DNA of 63,970 bases, filler included, from Klebsormidium nitens (GCA_000708835.1; 6 parts of 6 records of this genome joined end to end with filler, not necessarily neighbours in it); one strand, 5' to 3'; shown: positions 13,501-27,279, counted from the whole stretch's first letter. Notes: generated from the letters alone by a model not told the origin. Numbers and translations: made by a program.

Positions 13501-16500
13501 ATAACGTTGCAAGAACTCGAACCAGCCGTTTGGATTCACCTGCTCTTTTTTGCAGGTTCCCTACTTGCAATCGAAGAGGGCGCTTCTTGAGGTCAGACGC
13601 AAATCCATCTGTTATCTTGCAATGCAATTGTATGAGAATTTCCTTGAGCAGTTTACAGTGGACAAAAGCTGCGATCATTCGGGTCACCTGTGTGGTTTTA
13701 GGGCAGGTTTGTGGTTTTTCAATTAGGCGCGCATTTCTCTAAAATATCGTGCGTCCGGCTTTCATCCAGAAACGTGTAGGCGAGCTTTCAAAACGAGCAA
13801 ACGTGCTGATTGGCCGGGAGATCAACCTTTCCAGCTCTCAACAAGTGGCTCAAGTCCTGTTCGAGGTAAGCCTGTTGTACTATGAAAGGACTGTGGTGTG
13901 CAACCCCACATCCTGAACTCCTGGAGTAAAGTATAACAAAGACTGCACCCGGACAAGGCCCTCCTTTCTTCTGGGCCAGGAGGTCTGCAGGAGGGTTCAG
14001 TATGATTAAAGCCAAACTGCATGAAAGCGAACCGATTCACCAGCTCCATGTTTTCCTTGATATGAAAGGTTACGGGAGGTGCAAACGACTACTGCTGATG
14101 TATGATTTGTTTTGCAGGACCTCAAGTTACACGAGAAACTGCAGCACGGTGGAGACGGAAAGATCAGAGGAAAGAGGAAAAGCAAATCTGAGAAACACGC
14201 TACTACAAGCGAGGCGGTCCTGACGAACCTTGTTCCATTCCACGAACTCCCGGGCATCATTCTGGAGGTGCGCCGTTTACTCATTCGATCGACCATCATG
14301 TCGGAGCACCAATGGTCCATGTTTTTCGTTACTAGTTGTCGTTTCCATTAACAAGCTCCCAATTCTCCGGGAAAGTAACGTTTCTGTCTCCTCTTTGCAG
14401 TTCCGTCAAACTTTGAAACTCAAATCTACTTGGTTGGACGGGCTGGCAAAGAGGATCAGGCCAGATGCAGTAAGTTTCTTTCAGACATCAACTATCTTTT
14501 CGCCGAAAAGTTCTGGTGAGTATCATTGAGTATTGGACTCCGTAAGAAGCTGCGACATAAGTTGCTCTGTTTCCGTTGAGTTGCAGCAATCTGCTCTGCA
14601 GTGGAAAGTTATTCTTTCGTTATGGTCGTCCAGACCGTGTCCACGGTCACTGCTCAAGCCCACTCATCCTTCCAGGACGATTCCACAAGAATCCACTCAA
14701 AATGGAACAGCACTGGGACAGCCACGGGACGAATCTCATCAAGTGAACCGAACCTGCAGGTGAGAGAAGGATGGCTGTAATCTTATCTACTGTCGATGTC
14801 TCTATCAGATAACAAACAAGTATCCCATTCCAACGAGCTGTCCTGAGGAAATTTTGACGCATGAAAATTGTCGTCACAAGCTTTTACAATAGCCAATGTT
14901 TATTTTACTCACGGCTTTACATTCGATGAAGCTCAACACGTAGTTCTGTAGGTTGGAGATCAAATTAACAAGACCAGCAAATACCCTTGGACACCATTGA
15001 GTAATCATCATCCACCGACTCACTTAGCACGCCATCTCGGTTTAGACGACTAACCCAATCCGTTCCAGAACATTCCACGGTACACTTTAGAAGGAGTGAA
15101 GACCGGAGAAGACGATGCCTCCAGATTCGGGATCAAGATACGGGAAGCTTTTGTAGCACAGGAAGGGTGAGCAGGCATAGTGATCGACTTTAGCAAGAAT
15201 TCGTAAATGCACAAAATTTGAGACCCGAGAGGAGACTTCTACTTCGAAACCAGAGAATGCGCAGATCCTTTTCGCACCCTGTCACGTGCCAGCAGATACG
15301 GTTCTATCAAAAGTGGTGATATCTCGAAGACATTCTGCAAATTCAATCCAAGGTCTTGATCGCCCTTGCTGCGGCATTAGCATTGCAATAGTATTGCAGT
15401 ACTCATGCCTCACTAGAAAAAGGCGGTCCATTTTACAGGTCTGTGCTGGTCTCAGCCGACTACTCCCAAATGGAGCTACGTTTAGCAGCCCACCTATCCG
15501 ACGACCGGCACATCATTTCCATCCTTCGATCAGTTGGAGAAGAGGGAGATGTTTTCAGGATGATTGCAAGCCACTGGATGGGTAAACAGGTCAAGGATGT
15601 CACCGAAGAGGAAAGGCAGACCGTGAAACGCATATCATGTGAGCATTCTGGACTCCAAGAGCCACTTTAGCTTTAGCTGCCCTCACTTGGAAGTTTCAAT
15701 GAGTGCATCCTTGCTTTTTCTGAGCTCCTTTAAATGCAAATCTTGCTCAGAAGATAATCCCAGCGAGCATTTGCCGAGACCTTGTTGAGTCACTTTCTCC
15801 ATGCAGACGGGATCCTTTACGGACAGGGCCGAGTTGCGCTCTCGGCGTCGCTCAAGGTATCCCCTCACGAAGCGGAACGTCTCATGGACAACTTTCTCAA
15901 ACATTTCCCGACAATAAGGGCCTTCATCAACCAGGTGAAAGCCAGAGTCCGACTGGACGGATTCGTGACGATGATCTCCGGTCGGAAGAGAATGCTACCA
16001 GGTAAGGAAAAGACCCTACTCTTAATCATGACTTTCGCCCTGAAAGTATGTCGAAGTTTGCCGTAGTCATGCGCGCGCTGTGCTTTCTGGTTTCTCCCTT
16101 CTTAACATATGAGCCTTTGATCTTTTTGAAACTATCGCCACGAAGGAAAGAAAATACCTGCGGCTAGGCCTTGAGAACCCGGCCTTCTATGTCATGCGAT
16201 GCGACTCGGAGATGCGGAATGGATATGGCAAATTGTAGCACAGTCCTCTGAAAGAATGTGTGTTCCTGTTGTAGATATACGGTCTAGTTACAGTGAGAAG
16301 CGGGCGCAAGCGGAGCGCCAGGCGGTCAACTCATTGATTCAAGGAAGCGCGTCGTGAGTAGTTTCTGGCTGGTCGACTTTGTGCGGAGAATGCTGTCGCT
16401 CACCGTTTGCTTTGCCCTGCCTTCGTAGACCGCTAGACGATCATATCAAGTCCCCAATGATTGTACCTAACCAAAGCGCACTCACCTGTTGGCCTCGACT

Positions 16501-17099
16501 CTTCTGATAGCATGGCGGGTTACTGAAAGCGCCGCCGACAGATGTAGCAACTGGTGAACCAAGTGAAACTCGCCAGATGGAACCTAGCCTGGAGCAAACG
16601 CCCTCTCGTGCGACGTAATCTCGATAAGAAGTACGCTTGACCATCTCTTTAGTATAACAGGGACATTGTGAAGGCGGCCATGATTGCAATCGACGACGTT
16701 CTGAGACGAGGAGTACATCCAAACGTGAAGCTGGTCATGCAGGTGAGACATTAGAGCACTCAGCAACTAGCAAACCTCTCCGTCATTTGTTGCTAGAACC
16801 GAGGAGATAGAATTGGATGCTACGGGTGCAGAGCATCCTTCGATTCTGTGCAGTGTACTAGTTCTTCTCCTGCTTCTCTTCCGTTCAATTAACCCAAAGC
16901 GAACCTTCGAATCTCGTAGATGCACGACGAGCTGCTGTTTGAGGTGCCTGAGGGCCACGTGGACTTGTTTTCGACCGACTTGCGAAAGCTCATGGAAAGG
17001 GTACAAGTCCTGAAGGTGCCTTTACTTGTGAACATCCGGACTGGGAAAAGATGGGGGAGCATGTCCCTTCAACCTCATCCAAACAGTGGCGACCGTTAA
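10566..17099 (+). CDS. Family A DNA polymerase, Pol nu/Pol theta-like, no helicase domain seen, multi-exon
   Basis: Spliced exons give INLSSSQQVAQVLFE, TTSEAVLTNLVPFHELPGIILE|FRQTLKLKSTWLDGL, IHSKWNSTGTATGRISSSEPNLQ, motif A LVSADYSQMELRLAAHLS, motif B RQTVKRISYGILYGQG, AQAERQAVNSLIQGSAS and motif C LVMQ|MHDELLFEV, with stop TAA at 17097-17099. The 10566 ORF has a phase-0 donor (~11513) compatible with a phase-0 acceptor (~11689). Middle exons are only partly resolved. Confidence 0.85.
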
Positions 17100-18001
17100 C
17101 GTGACATTTCAAACGTAAGAGAGTTAAGAGCAGTCCAGGAGATGCACTAGACGGAATTGTGTGATTCAGAGGTCGACCGTGTTTGGCACCGCAAGATGGA
17201 TCCTCAGTGACGTAAGCGTACGCGTCAAGCTCTACTTCAGGTTCGGACCTTATGCACAGCGTCCGGGCAAACTAAATGTGGACTTTGCTGGTCAGCAATC
17301 TGTTCCGTCCACAGTCACTACCGTCAATCAGACCATGGATTGCGGGGGCCATATCGCCCGACTTCGGGTCAGTCCATGTTATATGATTGTGAAGACACCA
17401 AATTAATGGGCCACAGTTTTCCCGCCACATGAAAGTCAATCTGCACATGATACGTACGATTGTTACAAAACCCGGAACGCAATGATTTACATGTTTAAAG
17501 GATGCAGTAGAACGTTCCGCGGCCACTCTAGCTCCCACTGTAAAACTGTAGCGGCCCAGCTAGCGGATCGACTGGGCGCTCGATCACATGGTGGCACATG
17601 CACTGACGGTAATGATTGCTGGGCGCCAGATGTGTATGTTCATATGAAACAGTTCGCATGTGTGTGAGCTCTGAGAGCGACAGTGTGACACATGTAAATT
17701 GTCATACAACGAGCCTGTCGCTGCTGGCATGCGGTCCCATCCGTACGAAAACATTGCATGACAACAGGACAAGTGCTGAGTCCGCGCGTGCATGCACGCA
17801 GATGTTGGCAGTGGCCAAGGCCACAATCAAGAGCACGTGATACTCTAGCTCGACTTGACACGACTCAAGCCTGTCAGAATTCGGATCAAAACTGATTCAT
17901 ACCAGTACTTCTGATTGCAGATCATCAATTAACTACCTCTAGGGATCAGCGGGCACGGGACAGCGGCTTGGGGTATCTCCCTCTAAAAGCATACACAGTG
18001 T

Positions 18002-21000
18002 TCATCGTTTTCGTTCAAACCCATTGAACGGCTGCAGCCACGGCCGGTGCTCAGCAACCGCGCCCGGGGTGAGCAGGTGATTTTTAGCTTCCTGCAGCAC
18101 ACTCTCGACGGTCTCCATCTTAAGCGTAACGTTGGCTTCTAAGTAGTAATGCGCCCAGGCCTGCCACCCGTCTCTGTCCGAGATTTCCTCGGGATGCAAT
18201 CGCACATCGCTGTCGTAAGCATACTGCTGCGACAAGCTGCTCTCGTTCCAGGACAACACCGGCGCGATGTACTTCACCCGGCTGATCTGCGCCCCGATCC
18301 CAAACGAGTTGTCCGAGAACCACTCCAGCTGGAACGGCACCAGCTGGATCAGGACGCAGTTCCCGCGCATGAAGATGAAGTTGCTCAGGCCCGAGCCGTG
18401 CAGGCCCATCAGAACGTCCAGCGGCTGGATCGTTTGGAACATCTCCTCCATGTTGCGGAACCGGTTCAAGATGACCACCTCGAACCCCATCTCCCGCGCC
18501 TTGTCCAGCATCGCCTTCTCGTTCAACACGTTCCGCTCCTTTTCCGCTCGGTGCACCCACCCCAGCCGCAGCGGCCCCGAGTCCGTCCCGCTCGCGCGAG
18601 TCGGCAGCACCGGGAACCCCGCCACGCGGGCCCATCGCTGGCCGAGCCACTCGAGCCGAATATGCGGCGGCAGCGTCTCGTCGACCGCCATGTCCCCGTG
18701 GCTGATCAGCCCGAATCGCACCTCTTGGAAGCAGTGCACCGGCTGGTCTTCGCCCAGTTTCAGAACCGGGTACTTGGTCAGCGCGTTGATCAGCCCCACG
18801 TACTTGTCGAACCACCAGCCGACCGGGTCCGATATGACGAACACCACCTCGCGCTCGAACGGGTACGCCGTGATGTAAATCGGCACCCAGCCGTCGGTCA
18901 TGTCGTGGTAGTAGTTGCCCGTGTGGCCCGCTGTCGAGAAGACGAGCGCGGGGACTTCGTGCACCTCCGAGCACTCCAGCTCGGCTTCGACTGCGGCGCC
19001 GTCCGCCGGGGCGTCGACGCTCTCGAGGGCGAGTTCGGTGACCGTGTCCAGCGACCCCGGGAACTGCTTGCGTGGGAACGGCTTGATGGTCAGCCGGCCG
19101 CGGGGGGTGCTCGCGTTGAGGGCGAGCAGCCGGAAGGATTTGTCGTGCACGTTCACCTGAGCAGGAACAAGGACTCAGACTTGCCTCACAAATAATGGAG
19201 AGCCACCAGGCAAGAACGTTTCTGAGCGACGCAGGAAGGTTTTTCTAGCGTACACAGAAAGCACAATCGCACAGATTTGAGAAGACTGACGCCACCAGGT
19301 GAAGGAGGGGGGACAGTGGGCGTCACGAACCGTTGTTGACATGACCAGACGGGGGCTTGAACGTTGAAACGAGTCAACAGAAGTAAACACCTTCCTTTTT
19401 AAGAAGTGCTAAAGGAACCGAGGATTGTCTTTCAGATTCTCCTCAGGAATTGACAGATCAATCAGGCGACTGGTGAGCTTACATCGACGCAGACATCAAA
19501 TAGACACCAGAACAGGGCAGCTCCGCTCGGACATAAACTCAAAAAAACAAAAAGACACGTTTATCTCGTTTTCGAAGTTCTCATACGTTCTTGTTTCAAA
19601 TCAGATGCATGGCGCACTTCCATCTTCACAAATTGACCTCGAGGAAAGGCCAAGACCGAACTTGCAATAACCTTGTCCTGAGACTCACCCGTTCCTTCTG
19701 AAGAAGGCAATGTGACCCGGAAACAAGCGCCTCAACACAGCAAATCTCTGCAGAGCCCCCTGCCGTTTCGTTCGACCCACAGAAGGGAGAAGACGTGAGC
19801 AGAGAAAGCGTTAACCCACCTGCACGTCCCCTTTCATAACGCAGAAGTCGGAGCGCGGGTTGGTGTAGTTGCACTCAAAAACCTCGTCCCGCAGATCCGC
19901 GGGCTCCGGGCTGGCGTGCGTGTCGACCACCACCGGCTTGGGCGCCTCCTTCTTGGGGACCCACGCCACCTCTTCGTCCTCCTCTGTCCCCTCTTCGATG
20001 TCCAGCTCGTCTTCAAACGCCTCCCCCTCCGTCACTTTCTCAGGCTCGTTCCGCGTCTCGCTCTGCCGGAGAGGCTCCGTTTCTTGCTTCGGCTCCGCCT
20101 GTGCCTGCTGGAAGACGGGGCAGGAAATGTCAGCCGACAATGGACGTTCCAGGCCGGGGGAAGCCGTAACACATCCTCAAGAGGATCGCCCTTTGTCGTC
20201 AATCTTACAACTTGACAAACAGACGTCCATCAGTGGTTCTGGAGCCGGCAGCCGTGGGCAGGCCAGCCAGATATGAAGTCCCCCGACATTGATCCGCGTG
20301 CTCCTCAGGAGGTCAACTTCTGGCACCAGCAACCTCCAATCAGATACAGAACAGGCACTACAGGGCATTCAATGAAGACCAACCAGATTGTGGATGTCAT
20401 CTGTCATGTCCAAGGACTAACCTCCAAATCCACCTTTTCCGTTCCCTGCTTTTGAGTGTCCACCTGCTTAGTCGTGTTGGGATGCACCCTCTCTGCCTTT
20501 CCACTATTCCAGCGGTCTTGTTGCAACCCCAAAACGCCCAGTTGGTTGATGTGCTTCTCTGCATACAGAGCTGGTTGGGTTGAGCACCAGAAAGGGGGAG
20601 CAGGCGAGACAGCTGGCTTTGAAGTTCAGCTTCCAAGGGCATAACTTGATTAGGATTGTCCTTCTAATAGAGAATCTCACGTATTTGCCTTTGCTAGACA
20701 AAACCAAGATCTGCCGAGAGGGTGCCTTGCCTGCTTCTTGACTGAGAGGCAAATGGTAGAAACAACTCCTCATGAAAGAGGTCAACAGCTTTTGTCTTGA
20801 TATCTGCGTGGCCAATCAAAGAGAATGCACTGATACAATCAGGCATCCGGTTACATTGATCTATTGCTATGCCAAAAAGGGGGAAAAAGATCTTACCAGA
20901 GGAGAAGTCGAGACTCCAGAAACAGATCAGCGCAAGAGCCAGCAATCCGACAACCACCTTCAGGCCCAAGCAGCGGCGCAGCTGGTCCCTCTTGGCAGGC

Positions 21001-21122
21001 GACTGCAGAATCAGTGGAGAGACATTTGTTACGGTAAGCCAACGAGCAAGGCAGGAGCCAAGGTGCCTCTGAAAAGTTTGAAATGCAGCGCAGCATGACA
21101 GCTGTATACGTCTGTACTGCAC
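18002..21122 (-). CDS. Glycosyltransferase family 61 (DUF563; xylan arabinosyl/xylosyltransferase-like), type II membrane protein
   Basis: Last exon 18002-19156 has FSTAGHTGNYYHDMTDGWVPIYIT and DVLMGLHGSGLSNFIFM..LIQLVPF. Exon ~19820-20107 has an acidic stem plus CNYTNPRSDFC. A TM anchor (KVVVGLLALALICFW) ends at a GTAAG donor near 20896. The start codon is uncertain. Confidence 0.85.
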
Positions 21123-21912
21123 CCGATGATAGTCTTGCTAAAGGAAAGCCGAATTTTTACTATTGAACCGAGACGCAAAATGCAGAGACGTAGACGCTCT
21201 CCCCTTATCCTGTGACAGCAGCTAATTGTCCACCAGTAGTCCATCGCAACCGCTCCAAATCCCTCCATTGGAGTGGTTTGACTAACTCACCTCGATTCGT
21301 GGGGCCGCCATTGAGACTTGTGCGGTTGACGCTGGGGTTTTCTGTCGGTCTACATGCCTCGCTTGCAGTTTTCCGCCGCCGCAGAGTAGCTTTCAACCAG
21401 CGAATGTTCTGAGCGCTCCTCTTCGGAGTAAATGATGCTTGTCAGATTAGCCCTTAGCTATGTCCTCTTCTGCTGGTGTTTACGTAAACGAACAAGCGAT
21501 TGCAAAGTTAATTACTGCCACTCCTACCAAGTCAAAGCAAACTTGCAACCCCAACTCCCTAAGAGAGGACGCTGCATATCACACGTCAGCAATTCGCTGT
21601 GAACGAACCCTGAGAGCAACAAGCCCGACTCATCAAGTGCACCCTTCCTTGTCTATTGATCTAACAACAATCGCGCCTTTAGCGCCCCTGTGGTACAAAC
21701 CGCATTGGCAGCTTTGCACAGCTGGGCAGGGGGCAGGGCCAAGGGCCAAGGCCGGTTCCGGTTCCGCTGTGAATATTGCGAACGACTGGGGGAAATAGGC
21801 AGGGGCCGCTTTTAGTAAAGTCTGTGACTGGGGGGTGATCGAACACACTCGAATCACCCCCTGGGAAGACACTACGGACTAGCCTACCCTAAATACGCAC
21901 TTGTCTCTATTC

Positions 21913-22012
21913 NNNNNNNNNNNNNNNNNNNNNNNNNNNNNNNNNNNNNNNNNNNNTTAATTAATTAANNNNNNNNNNNNNNNNNNNNNNNNNNNNNNNN
22001 NNNNNNNNNNNN
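21913..22012. other. Artificial assembly gap linker N44-TTAATTAATTAA-N44 (linker also at 27070-27081, 29690-29701, 37160-37171, 62139-62150)
   Basis: Identical 12-mer with stops in all six frames, embedded in equal N runs, five times. Confidence 0.95.
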
Positions 22013-22766
22013 GGACGAGTTCGATATGAAGATTCATAGACTCGAATCGTCACAGCTCCATGCAACTCTTAGCATAGAATGGGGAACGGAGGCATTCCTC
22101 CTCAGGGGCCTCCGCATTTGAGCTGTCCAGGAAGCAACCGAAACGATTTTCCCAAGCTCAAATAGAAGCATCACGCGATTCAAGAATATCATTAGAGGTA
22201 AGTTGCAAATTTTTGAAGACCGGCATGGATGGACGTGCCGCTATTACGGCAGCCATTGTTTGGATCTTTGATAACGATTTTAGTGCTTAGAAACCATGGT
22301 CGCTTGCAAACTCTGAGCTCCCTGCTCGGAACCCTAAAATTTAAAGCGCAGCCAGCATGGTGCCAGTACAGTGCGACCGTACTGGCTCCCCGGTACCACC
22401 CTGGAGTCATCGCGGAACAACTCCGTGACTTCGGAGTTCCGTACGATAAATTTTGGACGAATACCACATTGGTACCGCGCTGACGGTACGCAGACTACGC
22501 AGAGTTCAGGCTAGTGAAATCCCCGTACGTGACATGTGCTTTGTTTTTTCGTTTCTAAAAAACGTGTCAGAATACAGGGGCTTTCCGGGCTCAATGGTCA
22601 TTACTCCAGATAGTACGTAGAATCACTCTCAAAGCAGGACCACTGCGGGATTTTTGAGGAAAAACTCCGTCTGTAGTTGGGGGTAATTCGAGAAGCAACG
22701 GGCCTTCGAAATGTTAAGTGGCGGACTGATCATTGGATCATTGGATCATCGGATCTTTCCACCGAG

Positions 22767-23070
22767 CCAGACTTTTCAAAGTTGTTTATAGGTTTATTGT
22801 AGTAACGGACCAGCGCTACCTACAAATCGCAGGAGGGAAATGTTGGCACAGACTCACGCCAGAGACGGATACTCGTGAGCACGTACGATCAATAGCGTAT
22901 GCCATCAAATATTTGACCATCATGGCATGGCAAATCGATGCATTTTCTACACTGCAGGGGGGGAATATTTGGCAGTGGTTTGAGGCGTCAAGCATTTTGG
23001 AACCTATTTGTTTGAAAGAAGATTCCCCTTGGTGACAGAACACGCCAGTCTAAAGTGGTTAGTCACCTCT
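22767..23070 (+). mobile_element. Decayed Ty3/Gypsy retrotransposon RNase H relic
   Basis: PDFSK..., then EYLAVV*GVKHFGTYLFERRFPLVTEHASLKWLVTS (canonical ECLAVVWAVKHFRPYLFGRxFTLVTDHxxLKWL), with a TGG>TGA stop and frameshifts. Confidence 0.7.
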
Positions 23071-24928
23071 AGAAATAAATACAAGGTTGCATGCACGGGT
23101 TTTTTATGGAGCAACTTCGTTAGCGAGGTACGGGCCGAAAGTTGCCCGATACGACCTAGGTGTTGTTCCTGTTTTAAGACTGTTCGCCGGCAGTTCTCGG
23201 TCGTTTATTGGTAGATGTGAATATTTCATCGGTTGGATGTTCAAACCTAGAAAATTCGTACCCAAGTAAAGACTTAAAAGTATTTCAATAGATACCTGGG
23301 TTTAAGCTGCAAAACTTGGGTAATTCAATTGTAAAAACATTACATGTTATATGCTAAAAACTTGATGAACGAACCTTGCGCGAGGCTCTCCTTTTGCACA
23401 TAGGTTGTCCTTTGGCTTGGCAAGCAGTTCCCCAAGTTGGATCCAGCTAAAGCTTGTAGGAAGTCTTTGCAATAGTTTGTGCAAGCCATGTCTCTTGCTA
23501 TAATATGTTGGTGTAAAAGCGCCATGGTTGCAGCATCTTCAAGTTTCACCTTGGAGCCTGACTTCCTGCCCCTTCTTCCTGGAAGAAAGGGCCTTGCCAA
23601 ATCGCAGCTAGTAGGGGGCAGGCCCGGACCCTGTGTTCAACAATGCAGTAAACTTACTGGGCCTTTCACCTTGAGACCATACGGTATCATTCGAATTCCT
23701 ACACGTGTCTGTTCATAAGCTTGCACACACCGTCAATCAGCGCACCGATCGATTCAGCATTGCAACGGCTCCATCATCGGCGGAGGCGTGGTGAATCAAT
23801 ATGATTCTGACGCCAGTCTGGTGTAGTACCATGTCACCAATTACCCTAATTTGGCTTGAGTAGCTACTGAGACATTACCGCTTGACTTTCACGGGCCCTG
23901 TCGGACATGGGATCGATCCCCGAGTCAGTGGTACCTAGGGCAGTTTTAGGTTGTTGAAACCTTGCGCAGTCCGGTCGAAACCGCGATCGAAACCGCGGTC
24001 GATTTTTGGTCGATTTACCCCGAAATACCGCGCAGCGGTCGCTGAATATACCTCCGGCCAAGTCGCCCCATACTATGACCCGGGTGATGAGGTGATCTCC
24101 GAAACTTCAAGAATACAACTTTGAGATTGAGTACATACTCGGTAGACAGCATCATGATGTAGACGCTTTAAGTCGTCGTTCCAGCGGCCCTCACGGATTC
24201 GAGACAATTCAAGCCTTCCGCTCTGCCGCAATTCCTAGATAATTGGCCTAAACTTAGGAGATCAGGCAGACGAGAATTTAGGGCTCTTACAGCACCTAGC
24301 AGAAATGGAGCAAAGGACTTGATGAAATAGAGTGAACGGCCCGCTGTTCGAGAACATTGGAGGAACAATGACTTAAGGGGAAAGGGTTACAGCTGTAGCG
24401 CCCTATTTCAGTCATGCAAGGTTCAAGCAATGCACAAAGAAACGGGATTTTTTATGGTGATTTTCAGGGATTTCTCTACACAGGGTCCGGCTCATAATAT
24501 ATTTTATTTAGGGTGTCGTTAACCTTAGCTCGTGCGTGTAACGACGTGGAAGGCTATTGTGACCTACTACTTTCGAATTCTCTCTGATACGAAATCGAAG
24601 ACCCAAGACTTGCGATAATAGTAAAATAAAGATTTTGCAAAGAATCTGAGATTAATTAGTGCTGCAAATAACGTAGTAGTCAGTGATGCCATGTTTGATT
24701 TAGTTAGATATAATCATGGACTGCAGGCTGAGTGCATTCGACAGAGTCACATGAACTAGAGTTTTCGAACTTCGTAGAGTGCCCATAAATCTATACTGAG
24801 CCACGCCCCACACCAACATTCCTTTCATTAAAAGTTTCTCGGATAACTTGAAAAGCCTTTTCTGCCTTAGCCAAAATCTTCGGGGATTCCTCAGCCATCG
24901 GCACTTGCCTTTGCGTAATTCGGCATGT

Positions 24929-25101
24929 GTGCCGTGCACCGTGCATATAATGAGCGGGTACGTTCTATTCAATGCATGGTTACAGGTATAGCATCATATG
25001 TGAATATTGCGATGCTACTGAGTGTCGTGCACAGTGCATATAATGAGTGGGTACGCTCTATTGTGGTTACAGATATAGCACTTGTGAATACTGCGATGCT
25101 A
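24929..25101 (+). repeat. Imperfect tandem duplication (~90-bp unit, 2 copies) downstream of the ferredoxin gene
   Basis: GTGCCGTGCACCGTGCATATAATGAGCGGGTACG...GCGATGCTA recurs at 25022 as GTGTCGTGCACAGTGCATATAATGAGTGGGTACG...GCGATGCTA. Confidence 0.75.
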
Positions 25102-25270
25102 TAGTGCAGAGTATATGCCCGTAAGTTACATACAATTGCCTTCAAAAACTACTTCGACTTGGTTTACTTGAGAAACTTGTAACAATGATACGAGGACTAA
25201 GCAGAGCATTGAGGTGGCTTTGGTCCCGTGTATCCCTCCCATGATGTTCTTACAGTGGTCCTCTAAGCGT

Positions 25271-26828
25271 CTACACATCTGATATGCTTTTCCAATCAGC
25301 CGCAACCGTTTCTCCAATATTGCCACTTGCCCCTTTCCAGTCTGCAGAAGCAAATGAGGTCGTTCAACACAAGGAGTACGGCAGTCATTGAAGTGGGAAT
25401 TTTTTGGGATCAAAGCACACAGGACAAGGATTGCTTCGTGATCTGGAACAAGGCAAGATGTAATACATCAGAAAGGTCCCCAACCTGACATCCAGGTTCA
25501 GATGAACACATCCTGTTATCATCCGTACGGACCACCGGGATGCTCTTGTATCCAGCACAAAGACAGGGGAGCATGACGGACGTGGCCACCTACCTTGAAA
25601 ACCCATCAAATAGCCCCAGTCACTTTGAGTTTCTATGGTACAATCTTCTTTTGGTCGCGCCATACACAAGAGCGCCATCCCAGCTTGGATGTACTCCTCA
25701 TCTAGGACGAACTCTAAGTCCGAAATCTGTGTGGAGAGGCAAAAAGTAGGTTTAGCACCCGGACTTCAGTGATGGAATCTCGGTGGTTTGTGCTGCCAAG
25801 CAATCTTCACAGATGGGTACACATAATCTTTCTCTGCATGAACCTTGTTTGAGAAACTAGAGCGGGCGCAACTGCCAGGTTAAGGAGTATGTGGGGGTGG
25901 CCTCACATCACTCTGGTCCACACTGCCCTTCACCACCTTGCCCACGCATGTCCTGCATCGCATCCACACACCGCACGAGTCACTCACTGTGCCCGCCAGT
26001 ATGGGAGCTCTGGGGCACTGGCTACAGTGTGCTGGATGCTTGAGAGCAGAGCTGCAGTCTGCCCAGCGACTTCCAGCACATGTCTACCCTTCATTTGACA
26101 ACGAAGATGGTGGAGAATGAGGGGAATGCAGCAGGCCAGCCCGCAGTCCAGGCTGCTGACACAAAAACGTTCTCTTTTATGTCAAGCCAATTTGATGCAT
26201 GAGCCCTAGGCTTACTGAGAGGCGGGGCGGTGCATCTGCTTCGCACCCTCTTGCCTGCAGTTTCTGCCCGCTTGGCCGCTCTGAATTTATCAGCTGCGGG
26301 GTGTGTGAAGGCTCACCCGCAGATGCCCCCCCTGCAGGACCAGGGCAAATCGATGTTGTTGTCGATGGCGCTGTCCAGGATGTAGCAGTCCAGCGGCACC
26401 TCAATCACCTGCGCGCTGCCCTTGGCCCCCAGCAGCGTCACCTGCACCCGCTCCGCCACGCTCTCCTCCGGCGCCACGGCCGTCGGCACGTTCACCTGGT
26501 CGCGGCACAGCTTGTCCGGCCCATCCGCGGCGCGGCAGCTCCAGCGCCGCCCTGCATTGCGCTGCTGACAAGGGAAAGGAGGACAGGGCTGCAACACATC
26601 CTGCCTGCCCAGCCAGCGGCTGCCTTGGCCAGCTGGCAGCAGAGCTTGCGAGCGCGGCTGCCTGGCCCACCCGCTGACCTGCATTGAGCTCAGGCTTGCA
26701 ACAGGTCGCCTGTGGGGACAGGTGCTGAGCTCGACATTGCCCCCATGGCTGTCATGAGCTAAACCCCTGCTTCGCCCAACTTGTTCGAGGCACCCTGACC
26801 GCGCCAGGGCCCGGCCTGTGGTGGCCAT
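25271..26828 (-). CDS. Plant-type [2Fe-2S] ferredoxin with transit peptide and C-terminal extension, 5 exons
   Basis: Manual splicing gives ...YILDSAIDNNIDLPWSCRGGICG|TCVGKVVKGSVDQSD|ISDLEFVLDEEYIQAGMALLCMARPKEDCTIETQSDWGYLMGFQ|DWKGASGNIGETVAADWKSISDV*. CX4CX2C...C ligands are intact, junctions are GT-AG, and the last exons are 25594-25726 and 25271-25341. Confidence 0.9.
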
Positions 26829-27279
26829 CCAAATTCGGTCTCCTAAGGAGAGGAAAGAGGATAGAGGTCACTTCTGAGGTGGCCTTAGTGCACTAAGCGT
26901 GGAATGCAAGAGGCTCCTCTTCAACTTCGAGCTCTGGCACCTCCTTCGCCCCCTTCTTCGCAGTTCTGCCGCTGCAAGAAGTTTCCGAGCACAGAACTGG
27001 GCTCAGCAGCCTCATAGGCTGTTCTNNNNNNNNNNNNNNNNNNNNNNNNNNNNNNNNNNNNNNNNNNNNTTAATTAATTAANNNNNNNNNNNNNNNNNNN
27101 NNNNNNNNNNNNNNNNNNNNNNNNNACATCAGGGCAGGCACTCCGATATCGGAGTGGTTGAGTAACAGCTCTAGCAGGAGCGGGGGCGCCACGTCCGCGA
27201 TTGCAGAAACGCCTGAGTCACTACTGGGGCGCTCCATGTTAAATCATGTCTCATTCTGCCGCGATGCGTCTCCTTAAGT

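Noticed and set aside
21957-21968. Repeated TTAATTAATTAA palindrome (5 copies)
   Set aside because: Always centred in N44/N44 runs; an artificial six-frame-stop contig linker, not biology.
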